Assembly: GCA_051294375.1 (NCBI GenBank) | Contig: JBJCIZ010000613.1 | Location: 2,585-17,337, forward strand | Source of the DNA: Paraspadella gotoi | Lineage: Eukaryota; Animalia; Chaetognatha | Reading direction: 5' to 3' | Length of the DNA: 14,753 bases | Shown: in pieces, positions 1-9,395 of the stretch | Layout: each line of letters opens with the position of its first letter | Position numbering within the stretch: the stretch's first letter is position 1 | The notes under the pieces: generated by a model | Databases searched by the model: none | Seen by the model: only the letters and a program-made list of their open reading frames with translations | Told to the model about the DNA's origin: nothing | Made by a program: the position numbers and the translations under genes

Positions 1-39
1 TCTGTCACTAACACATAACATTAATTACTGTCTCTTCAA

Positions 40-203
40 TATGAATGATTTAATGAATTAAATGCGTGAATCAATTCATTAATAAATTCTTGAGAAAATT
101 AAAGTGAATGCTTAAATGAAAAAAATGAGTGAAAGAATATATAAGAATTAATAATTAAATTAATGAATGAATGCCCGAGTAAAGTGAGCAATGAATGAAT
201 GAA
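40..203. repeat. Degenerate (TGAA)n microsatellite, intronic
   Basis: Recurrent AATG/TGAA units, e.g. atgaatgaatgaa at 191-203. Confidence 0.55.
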
Positions 204-237
204 CGAGATCAACTAAAATCCTCTTCCATCCCTCCAG

Positions 238-469
238 GCGTAGCCATCTCCTGGAGCGCAAAGGCTATTAAGAAGATCCACTGGAGCGACGCTTTTCGCT
301 CCAACGGATTGGGATCTCCGTCGACGGAGTCGAGCCTAAACTCTTCTCTCTCGGCCTCCGACGCTTCGTCCTTCGACGGGTCCTTCAAGGGATCCTCCAA
401 CTCTTCCGCCTCCAGGACGGGCAGCTGCACTTCCCCTTACATTCATTCGCAGTTGCAGCAGTTTTCTAG
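238..469 (+). CDS. MARF1: MARF1 exon (end of a LOTUS domain, Ser-rich linker, ...QLQQFS)
   Basis: ccag| acceptor at 236-237 and |gtgagg donor at 470. Open frame GVAISWSAKAIKKIHW...PYIHSQLQQFS(R) resembles MARF1 PGVNIATAQNGIKVVKW...NPQLIQFSR and is in phase with the exon at 1355. Confidence 0.85.
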
Positions 470-3400
470 GTGAGGAAGAGTAAGGGTTTTTCTGGGGGGT
501 AAGGGGGGCAGGCAGCTGCACTTTTCCTTACATTCATTCGAAGCTGCAGCAGTTTTCTAGGTGAGGAAGAGCAAGGGTTTTTTGGGGTAAGGGGGGCAGG
601 CAGCTGCACTTTTCCTTACATTCATTCGAAGCTGCAGAGGTTTTCGAGGTAAGGGTTGGCAAGTTTAGGTTTTTGGGTGAGGAAATTTTAAGTAAATTGT
701 TAGTCGAAGATTGCCAATAGTAGACCTAGTGGTTTCTTCTGCGATCTTTTTAATTGTGTTAATGTTTAAATTCAATAAATAATTCAATATATTTTGTTTT
801 TCACTTTTAACGCTCATTTGGAGAAGCTACGTTTTAGGTAAAACTTGTTTGAATGTTAATTAACTTGTGAAGTGTGGCATTTACGTCTTTTGCGCAATTA
901 ACTGGTGACTATTCCCCATTTAATATTCCTTCTACATGTCACGTAACTAACTTATCCGTTTGTGCGTTTTCTTACACAAGCGGCAATCGTCATCTGTCTT
1001 TGACAATTCATACTTTTATGGCGGGACTAAAATCACCAACCGTTCATCAGCGGCCATTGGTTGCCGGAGTCAAGTCCTCCCAACCCAAAAGGCCGGAGAT
1101 ATAGCCCGGTGGTCGCCTGTACACGGTTTACAGCCGATCGAAGCTCAGGACTGCTTAAAAGTGCTTATATTAAACGGTTCTGTCACTAACACATTACCAA
1201 TAAGCTAAGCTTACTGGTCTCTTCACTTTTATGAATTTATACTTACCATACTATGTACCCTTTTTCTTCTTACTTAACCTTCTACCCCCTTTCTCCCTCC
1301 CTTACCCTTTTCTCTCTCTTCCCTATTTCCCCCCTTAACCCTCCCCCCCCTCAGAGAGGGTGGTCGACCTCCTCAAAAACTCCCCCCACTGTCGCCTTTT
1401 CCGTTCACCAAATTCATTCCCGAAATATCATCATCACTTTTTGGACGTCAATGTCGCGTCGCCGATTTACGGTTACACTAATTTGATCGAGCGTGTTTCG
1501 AAGCCATACCTCACGTCATGCAGGTTCCTTTGGTCAAGTATGCGGGGAAGTGTGCCTATGTGTCTTTTTTGGTTCCTGGTCTCGTTTTCACATAGTAATC
1601 TAAAAATTTAAGATTATAATTAAGATTTAATAATTAAGGATAATAACAATAATAATTAAGATTAATAATTAAATATATCATTTTAAATTAAGATTCATAA
1701 AATTTACTTAATTAAAACTTTCCTTTTTTGTTAAAATCAGGTCATGGGAGGTCCGGAAATCACAAAGTGGTCACGGCTCACTCCATAGGTCACAGGTAAG
1801 GGTCATAGGTCAAGGTGCTGGATTCCGGAGAGATTAAACGTGTTTTCAGGGATAAAATCTAATAGTGAATTTCCCTTCACCAAATACAGGGTGAAGCGTT
1901 TCACGAACGACCTCCTCCGAATTCTGAAAACTCAAGCTGCAACAAGTGAGTTTTTTGTCATTTGCATCTGGAATATCATAAATTCTTAACATCTCATTCT
2001 GAAAACTCAAGCTTGCAAAACAAGTAGTTTTTTTGTCCATTTGCCCATCTGGAAATCATAAATCTTTAACTTCTCATTCTGAAAAACTCAAGCTTGCAAA
2101 CAAGTGGGAGTTTTTTTGGTCATTTGCCACTCTGAAATCATAAAATTCTTAACTTCTCATTCTGAAAACTCAAGCTTGCAAACAAGTAGTTTTTTGTTCT
2201 TTGCCATCTGGAAATCATAAATCTTAACTTCTTCATTCTGAAAAAAACTCAAGCTTGCAAACAAGTGAGGTTTTTTGTCATTGCCATCTGGAAAATCATA
2301 AATTCTAAAACTTCTCATCTGGTAAAACTGCAGCTTGCAAAACAAGTGCAGTTTTTTGTCATTTGCCATCTGGAAATCATAAATTCTTAACTTCTCATTC
2401 TGAAAACTCAAGCTTGCAAACAAGTGAGTTTTTGTCATTTTGCCATTCTGGAAAATCATAAAATCTTAAACTTCTCATTCTGGAAAACTCAAGCTCTGCA
2501 AAACAAGTTGATTTTTTGTCATTTGCATCTGGAAATATCATAAATCTTAACTTCTCATTCTGAAAAACTCAAGCCTTGCAAAACAAGTTGTAGTTTTTTG
2601 TCATTTGCATCTGAAATCATAAATTCTTTAACTTCTATTCTGAAAACTCAAGCTTGCAAAACAAGTGAGTTTTTGTCATTTGCCATCTGGAAAATCATAA
2701 ATCTTAACTTCTACATTCTTGGAAAACTCAAGCTGCAAACAATGAGTTTTTTGTCATTGCCATCTGGAAATCATAAATCTTAACTTCTATTCTGAAAACT
2801 CAAGCTTGCAAACAAGTGAGTTTTTTGTCATTTGCCATCTGGAAATCATAAATCTTAACTTTCTCATTCTGAAAACTCAAAGCTTGCAAACAACGTGAGT
2901 TTTTTGTCATTTGCCATCTGGAAATCATAATCTTAAACTTCTCATTCTTGAAACTCAAGCTTGCAAACAGGAGTTTTTTGGTCATTTGCCATCTGGAATT
3001 ATAAATCTTAACTTCTCATTCTTGAAACAAAACCTGTTCACTTCGATATGGATCCTGCCGCAGAGTTACATTGAGCGTTCACAATTCCCTTGTTGATTGT
3101 CATTTAAATTACGTCGCTCACATCATTCACAAACCTTTCTCTCTCTCTCTCTCTTCAGATCTCAACTGCGACGAATTTCCCTCCGCCACGCGAAAATATC
3201 GGTCCGCGCTCGAAATTCAGATTAGCGGAATGTTGCAAGATTCTCGACGGCGCTTGGCGGAATTACCCGAGGGTAAGTTCGAACATTTTGGCATTCACGT
3301 CACTAAGTCCTTGATTTACATTGTGGAGAAAAAAAAATTGTCGCTTTTTCTATCGTATATATGGATGATTATTTGTTTATTAATTTTTGTTTATTTTTGT

Positions 3401-6400
3401 TTATTATTTTTAGGCACCATCGTGATGTATCAATCCCCAGAATCGAGATCCCTTCCTCTTTCTCTTCCCCTCTTCACTCGATCCCTTTCGACTCCCCTCT
3501 CTCCCCCCGGATGTTGGCTCTCTCTTGCCCCAAACGCGAGCAGACGCCCGAAGAGATGCGAGAACGAGGCAGTTCGGTCGAGAGGTCGTCGAGTTTTGTT
3601 GCGACACAACCCTTAGATGTCGTCTTAGTTTATAACAAGTTTATCCTTCGTATCATCATCATTTCGGTAGGCGTAGACGGAAGTGGAAGAGAAGAGAGAG
3701 GAAAGAGAGAGAGAGAGAGAGTTAACAAGAAACATTAAAGAGGGTAAAGAAGTAAAATAAGATTGAGATAAAATTACAAAAAAAACCCAAGGAAACGAGA
3801 GGATCGAAGAAATCGCGAGAACCAAACTTTTACCTCATAACTTACCATCCCCTGTGCTTTCCCTCCCCCCCAACCATGGTCGTCAATGCCGATGTGGCCG
3901 ACTACGGCTTCACCAAACTGGTCGAGCGTTGGAGCTGTTGCCCGACGTCAGTCTGCTTGAGGAAGAAGGCGAAGACAGATTCTTTGCAATGACGCAGAAG
4001 GAAATGATCGCTGGTCCTCGCTAATCAGGTCCAGGGTTTTGTTTGGTCGGGTTTTTTGTTTTGATTGATCCGTTTTGTTTTGGTCATTCTCCTACTCTGG
4101 TCATCGTTCTCCTTCGTCATCGTTCTCCTTTGTCATCGTCCCTCAGGTGGTTTCCTTTAGTAAAAGACCGTCGCCCATCAACGCCCTTCCTTTGTTCATT
4201 CATTTATTGCCGACTTACACAGAAATCACGGACACCAACTCAATTTGCAGGTGAAACCGGTGGCAAATTGTCTCCTTTTTTCTTTAATCCAAATATTTGA
4301 AAAAAAAAAAAATTTTTTGTTCCCTTCTGGGGTAATAAACTAATATCTTTGAGCGTTGGCGATGAAAATTAACCTTTTGTGAAAGATGCGCGTCGCTGAA
4401 AAAACATAAAACTTAAAAAATGACTTTATTTTAGATGTTGTACCAATTATAAGAATAATTTTCTCATGAAAAAAAATAATGAGTGTTAGGCTTTATTAAA
4501 AAATTAAAGTACCCAAATAATAATCGTGACTATAAAAACTGTAAAAAAAACGTTAAATCTCAGCGTCAAATCCCTTTCTTTTCAACTACATCAATTTCCA
4601 AACCAAACTCTCTCCTTTACTTCCAACCCCATCCAAGGACGATTTCGAGGTCGAGGACTTTACCCCAAGCTCCTCGATCTCATCTCCAACTCCATCAAGA
4701 TCGAAACGCATCGCCTCGGAAAGCCCTTCGTCACCCTCGGTCGACCGCGAGGAGGGTGTTGGGCTGTGCGGCGGCGAGGGTGGCCCGTAGTCATTGATAG
4801 GAAACACCCCGCGGATGTGGTGGCCACGCTGGATCTGAAGATTGAAATACAACAGGCCTGACGGGCAAGAAGGGTGGAGAGAAGAAGAGAAGAGGAGAGG
4901 GAGAGACGAGGGAGTGGAGAAGGAAAAGTGAGCTGGAAAAAGGTATTGAGTAACATTAAGTAGTAAACAACTCCCTCCTTATTCCCCTCTCCTTCCCCTT
5001 TCCCTCTCCTCCCCCTTCCCCTCTTCCTCCCCTCTCTCTTCCCTCTCCCTCCCACTCCTCCTTCTCCCACTTCCCTTCTCCCTCCTCTTCCTTCCCCTCT
5101 TCCTTCCCTTCCCCTTTCTCCCTTCCTCTTCCCCTCCCCCTCCTCCTTCCTCCCTCTCTCTCTCCCTTCCCCTCTTCCTCCCCTCCTCCTTCCCCTTTCT
5201 CCCTCTCTCTCCCTTCTTCCTCCTCTTGCACCTCCCCCTTTCCCCACCTTCCTCCCCCTTCCCTCTATCCTCCTTTCCTCCCTTCCTCTCTCCTCCCCGT
5301 CCCTTCTCCTCTCCCTTCCTCCTCATTCCCCCTCTTTCCCTTCCCCTCTTTCTCCCTCCTTCCTCCTTCTTCCTCTCTCTCCCTTCCCTTCCCCTCTCTT
5401 CCCTCTCCTTCCCTCTCTCTCCTCTCCTCTCCTCTCTCTCTCATCTCCCTTCTCCCTCATATCCCCTTCTTTCCCCCGGTTGATCTCATTCAAACTCTCC
5501 GCGAGGATGTGCCCCTTCGTTCAAGTCGTCGCCAGCGACTCGACGCCAACTCGATTGGTCCGTCGGATCGGACTGCCGCCGAATTCCCTCCCGAGGTAAG
5601 TTCGCTTCTTAAAAAAAAAAGTAAGTGACTTTAAAGAATTCAATATAAATTATTTCGTATTGTTTTAAACTATTTTGAAAATATTTATTTTCCTTTTAAT
5701 CCTTCATTAAATCTTTCATTTATTTTACTTGTTACGAGTTGAAACGTTTAAAATTTTTTCAATCGGGAAGTTTGCACTCTGGGGAGCTTGCACTGTGAAG
5801 AGCTTTATTAAAGTTTGCGTCTCAGCAATGTTATCATCTTATATCTTTCATATTTGATATCTAGAAGAATAATTTCATATTGGTTGCTGTACCTATTCGA
5901 TCAATGCTTAAGCCGTAAAAATATTTATTATTTCTTCTTAATCTTTCATTCCAATTGGCTTAACTTCGTTGAGGTAAACATTAACATTCATATTTTATTT
6001 ATTAATTACGTTATTATTATTAACGTAATTATTTGATGTTTGTCTTTTTTCCCCCCTATAAGCGATTCCCTCTGTCGTTGATCCTGGCCTTAACAGAATT
6101 TTCGCAAAAAACTATTCGCAATTTCTTGACCAAACAAAAGTAGCAACGCGCGACTCGAATAGCAAACTGCCGTCCTCGTAGGATTCGGCTGGAAAAGATT
6201 ATATTTGGCGGGAACTAAGACTGAAACATCCCGAAGACCTGCTGCGGCTAGGGAGTCCTCCGTCACCAGCCTGCTGCGCAGGTGAGGGGAAATGAACGGG
6301 CACTAAGTTCTTGTTTTGGTAAGTTAATTTGTAAATTAAAGTTCATTTTTTAAACTTTTAGTTTAAATTCATTAGAATCATTTTAAACTCTCCTTCAACC

Positions 6401-9395
6401 TACCCGAGGCGATTCCCCACGTGCCCACTACTCAAAGCCAACACAGCAATCGGTTGGTCAATGCCTGCAGCCCAACCTGTTTGGCCAAAACTGAGGCCAT
6501 GTCTGCATTTCTCAAAAGGAGAGGTCGTCTTCATTGTTTGAGCGCGGACGACGCTCGGACCTCAGATTCTGCATCGATCGCCGGGTGAGAGAGAAGAGAG
6601 ATATGAGAATGAAGAGAATGAGAGAAGAGATAGTAGGATTGAATATAGAGAGAGAGAGATAATAGAGAGAAAAGAATATTAAGTGGTTAAAACGTGTTAA
6701 TTAAATAATGACTATGGTGGACGTTTGATGCCATCTCTCCTTCAAGATCATCTGGGCCGCCATCTGCGCCATCAGCCATTTTTTTGGACTTTTTCATAGA
6801 CATTAATATTTGATTTTTTACTCTCTTTTTAAGTGATAACTAAAGTCTTTTTTTTCACCTCCCCGCCCTCACTCTGTCCATAGCCACTTACTCTCCGCTC
6901 CGCTGCCGCGACGCGCTCCAAGATAACTTTCCCTCCCGCAGCAGGCGCCGCCGCGCCGCCGCCGAGGCGCAGCCGCCACTCGTCTCGCCCTTACCCTCAA
7001 GCAGGCAAATCAGCGAACGCGGCGGGCGGATGTCTCCGCCGGAGGGTAAGTTAAAATGTAATGAGAATATCCCTTTCATTTATTCTCTCCTTTTACTTTT
7101 GAGTAATGATTTTATCCAAATCTCTTTCCTTTCTTATCTTCTTCCCCTTTTCCTCCCCCTCCCTCTTTCCCCTCCGCTTTATTCTCTCTTCCTTCCCTCT
7201 CCCTCTCTTCCTCCCGCTCTACTCTCTCCCTCTCCTCCCTCCTCCTTACCAATCCCTTTCTTCCCTCCTCTCAAAGTTCTTTCCCTCTCTCTCCCTCTTC
7301 TCGTTTCCGCCCGACTTCCCCAGCCTCCCTTTCTCATTCCCGACTTTCTTCCTCGCCACAGTCCTCGCAACGCGCAGGCTCTCTCGCTGGCCGCCAACTC
7401 CTTCTGCAAGCAAGGTAAGCAAAGCTAAATGACCATACTTTAAAAACTGTCATATTAGCCTTTAAGTACGTCAAGTAAGTTCTAGTAATTTAAAACGGCT
7501 TCTAATGGATGATATTTCGTCAACTATTACATATACAATAAACAATATTATTATTTATTTATTTACTCTTTTAATTTCCCGACTTACCTTTTAATTTGAT
7601 TCGTCTAAAACCTTAAAACTGATAAAGTCAATACCTCACTCGAATCCTAACTCTCCCTATTAATCCCACTCACTCCCTCAGCAAGCCTTAACCCCCGCTC
7701 CCCCTTGCAACCCTCTAACCGCCGCCAGCGCCCTCTCACCCGTTCAACACCTCACCTTTTACGCGCCACGCTCCCTGCCGGCCGAAGCCCCCCACGCGTC
7801 GCACGTCCTAAGACGATCATTTGGGCACGCCCCCTACGATTCCCTCGGTGGCGTCAACGGAAACAAAGATGGAGTCGACGAACGCGATGTCTTCTCTTCT
7901 TCGTTCCATCGTCGATTTCAACCCATCCTCTTCGTCCGTCGCCGGTCGACGCCGCTCGAAACAACGCCGCTTTTAGTTCCGCTTCCAATCAAAAGAAGAC
8001 GGCGCCGTTTCCGCTACGATTTCCCCGGCGTTTAAATTCGCCGGATGGAAACTCGTCTCTCTGGTCAAATCGTGCGCCGGGAAACGCGGCTTTTGCGGCT
8101 CGTCGGAAATCGCCGATACCGCGCGGTCGAAGCGGCGCTATACGGGCGCCGCTCAATCTCTCCTACAACCGGCGCGCTTTTCCTACAACTCGTCCCCGTC
8201 CGTTACGCAGTCCTAATTCCCCCCGGGCAATATCCCCATCCCGTGCCCGCACGGCGCCCACAAATCCAGCAACACGTCCGTCCAACTACGTCCGTCCATT
8301 TCCTCCACAACACCTCAGCGATCATCAACTCTTCCTCTTACTTCCAGCCACTTCAATCTCCTCACTCCAGCAAGTCTCTTCCAACTCTTCTCCAGCCACA
8401 ACCCTTCACGGATGCCAATCCGCCCACGCAATCCAACCACCCGTTCCCCACTCTTTCCATCAACGACCAATCAATCTCTCACTCGAAACCCAAACACTTC
8501 TAACCCGGCCTTCGGTCACGCCTGGACCGACAGGGTCGGACTTCTTACCCCCGACGATGTTCGTGGATAACCATTTTCCATACGGCGCGTCGGTCACTTT
8601 CCTGCCGACGACCCTCGTTCCTCGGCGGTCAGTCCTTCTCTTTCCAGCCGGCCCTTCCGACGCCGGCAGACGACGCCTACCACGGCGAAGGTGGGACGAT
8701 CGCCGCGGGACGTTCGTCGCGGGATGGCGGAGAATGTTTTCCGCCGCGGCGCGGCTGCTGCTGCGGCGAATCAGGCGTCAACAGCAGGTTTCCCCAGCAG
8801 CAGCTTCAGCGCCCCCGTCGTCGAACTGCCCGACGTTTTAGCTTTCTCTCTTTCTCCAATGTCCACGAACAAGAGAAGCGCGCCGGTGTCAAGGGCCCAA
8901 AACAGTTGGACGCCTGTGTCGGTCAAAACGGCGCCAAACGGTGTCGGTCTTGTCGGCCACGAAACTTGGCGACAGTCCTCTCCCTCGAATCTTTCCACTC
9001 CAGCCGTGGGCGCCCGCTAAACCGCGTTTTCTTGTCGACTCAAAAACTTTCGGTTTCAAATGGTTCCCTAATTTGTCGCCGTCCGCCGCCGCTGTGTTAA
9101 GGCCGGTACCGCCAACCGCCGCCGCGTAGGAAGCGACAAACGCCAAATCTTTTAATCCCCCTGTGCGCTTAGCAAAACAACAACCAAAACAACGAGGAAG
9201 TCGGCGCCGATTTTGCCGGAAAGAATTCCACTTCGTTTTCAAGGCGCGGATCGAAGAGGATTCGGCGAGACAGTGAGTAGACGGCGGCCACTTTTTTTAA
9301 GGGGTGTTTGGTATTGGCAGATGCGGTTGCGGCGCCGCGCTCCGCAAATGGCGCTGTACAGAGACCGGAAGGTGCAGGTTTCCCATTGGATATAG
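238..9395 (+). CDS. MARF1: MARF1 / Limkain-b1 orthologue (meiosis regulator and mRNA stability factor 1), multi-exon and 5'-partial; LOTUS/OST-HTH repeats and C-terminal low-complexity region; NYN and RRM domains would lie upstream of the window
   Basis: After indel correction, GT-AG-bounded exons splice into a protein collinear with the MARF1 LOTUS region: GVAISWSAKAIKKIHW...[96 protein letters not shown]|...[62 protein letters not shown]...IFAKNIRNFL...SSVTSLLQ|AIPHV. The stop position is uncertain. Confidence 0.9.
421..657 (+). repeat. ~90-bp tandem duplication (~2.6 copies) of a MARF1 exon 3' end + splice donor
   Basis: GCAGCTGCACTT..CCTTACATTCATTCG.AG.TGCAG..GTTTTC.AGGT starts at 421, 512 and 600. 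Confidence 0.93.
1180..1236 (+). repeat. Interspersed repeat fragment shared with positions 1-46
   Basis: TCTGTCACTAACACAT...TTACTG(G)TCTCTTCA...ATGAAT occurs at both 1-46 and 1180-1236, in consecutive introns. Confidence 0.75.
1355..1523 (+). CDS. MARF1: MARF1 exon, LOTUS domain (EVVDLL...[35 protein letters not shown])
   Basis: Polypyrimidine tract + tcag acceptor and cag|gt donor; hallmark MARF1 motif [15 protein letters not shown] after indel correction. Confidence 0.92.
1741..1795 (+). CDS. MARF1: MARF1 exon ([17 protein letters not shown])
   Basis: atcag| acceptor and cag|gtaagg donor; matches MARF1 ILGMGSKRLLTLTHRAQ. Confidence 0.85.
1890..1945 (+). CDS. MARF1: MARF1 exon ([19 protein letters not shown])
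   Basis: tacag| acceptor and |gtgagt donor; matches MARF1 VKRFTQDLLKLLKSQASKQ. Confidence 0.88.
1921..3026 (+). repeat. 76-bp minisatellite (~14 copies + a partial) derived from an exon/intron junction
   Basis: Consensus ATTCTGAAAACTCAAGCTTGCAAACAA|GTGAGTTTTTTGTCATTTGCCATCTGGAAATCATAAATCTTAACTTCTC; unit starts at about 1921, 1996, 2076, 2159, 2236, 2317, 2397, 2477, 2557, 2637, 2716, 2789, 2866, 2944 and 3018. Confidence 0.97.
3159..3272 (+). CDS. MARF1: MARF1 exon, LOTUS (INCDEFPSAYAKIFGR..I.DYGMCKILDALAELPEG)
   Basis: (CT)n + ttcag acceptor and |gtaagt donor; collinear with MARF1 [33 protein letters not shown]. Confidence 0.8.
3414..3666 (+). CDS. MARF1: MARF1 exon (GTIV...[45 protein letters not shown])
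   Basis: ttttag| acceptor and |gtaggc donor; second YHHHF LOTUS motif. 3427-3510 may be a Ser/Pro insertion or a small intron. Confidence 0.85.
3879..4028 (+). CDS. MARF1: MARF1 exon ([17 protein letters not shown]...EEGEDRFL...VLANQ)
   Basis: Continues the LOTUS motif; cag|gt donor; acceptor reads 'ccatg', probably a read error for ccag. Confidence 0.85.
4147..4250 (+). CDS. MARF1: MARF1 exon, LOTUS (VVSL...NALPL..LLPTY...HGHQLNLQ)
   Basis: ctcag| acceptor and cag|gtgaaa donor; collinear with [33 protein letters not shown]. Confidence 0.72.
4638..4873 (+). CDS. MARF1: MARF1 exon (DFEVED..LLDLISNSIKIETHRLGKPFVTLVDRE...)
   Basis: caag| acceptor; GC-rich island between low-complexity introns; collinear with [20 protein letters not shown]...IQLINRKS. 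3' boundary approximate. Confidence 0.65.
4970..5477 (+). repeat. ~500-bp polypyrimidine (C/T) low-complexity intronic tract
   Basis: Almost purely C/T; similar tracts at ~1255-1352, 7120-7355, 11550-11815 and 12445-12700. Confidence 0.95.
5479..5595 (+). CDS. MARF1: Probable MARF1 exon (..LIQTLRE..PFVQVVASD..)
   Basis: Follows a 500-bp pyrimidine tract and ends in a strong gag|gtaagt donor; loose similarity to LTELLKSLPYLVEV. Confidence 0.6.
6063..6281 (+). CDS. MARF1: MARF1 exon, last LOTUS (IFAKNIRNFLTKQ...SSVTSLLQ)
   Basis: ataag| acceptor and cag|gtgagg donor; matches LFAKNVRSLL...HSSVEELLG. Confidence 0.72.
6409..6584 (+). CDS. MARF1: MARF1 exon (AIPHV...)
   Basis: Begins AIPHV (MARF1 AIPQVVWIKG); ends at |gtgaga. 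Confidence 0.68.
6884..7045 (+). CDS. MARF1: Probable exon of the MARF1 Pro/Ala-rich C-terminal region
   Basis: catag| acceptor after a pyrimidine tract and gag g|gtaagt donor; GC-rich; no domain recognised. Confidence 0.55.
7362..7414 (+). CDS. MARF1: Probable small exon, MARF1 C-terminal region
   Basis: Long CT tract, cacag| acceptor (alternative at 7323) and aag|gtaagc donor. Confidence 0.5.
7682..9395 (+). CDS. Large terminal exon, Ser/Pro/Ala-rich disordered C-terminus (probably MARF1)
   Basis: ctaac branch-like motif + ctcag acceptor; ~1.7 kb GC-rich with overlapping + ORFs consistent with a frameshifted single ORF; abrupt switch to AT-rich sequence after ~9400. Assignment to MARF1 is by position only. 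Confidence 0.5.

Noticed and set aside
209-430. Minus-strand acidic ORF, or an alternative genetic code (TAA/TAG=Gln) reading
   Set aside because: The + frame matches MARF1 under the standard code and splices in phase to the next exon.
960-1208. Additional MARF1 exon or ORF inside intron 470-1354
   Set aside because: Exons 238-469 and 1355-1523 already join seamlessly ([10 protein letters not shown]), and the segment overlaps an interspersed repeat.
1921-3026. CRISPR array or repeat-protein ORFs (2157-2459, 2598-2783, 2800-2985)
   Set aside because: Head-to-tail units without unique spacers, no cas genes, eukaryotic intron context; 76 bp is not a multiple of 3.
4660-5483. Long Gly/Arg/Glu- or Pro/Ser/Leu-rich ORFs (also 7030-7432, 11313-11636, 12592-12831)
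   Set aside because: Artefacts of stop-free purine/pyrimidine intronic tracts.
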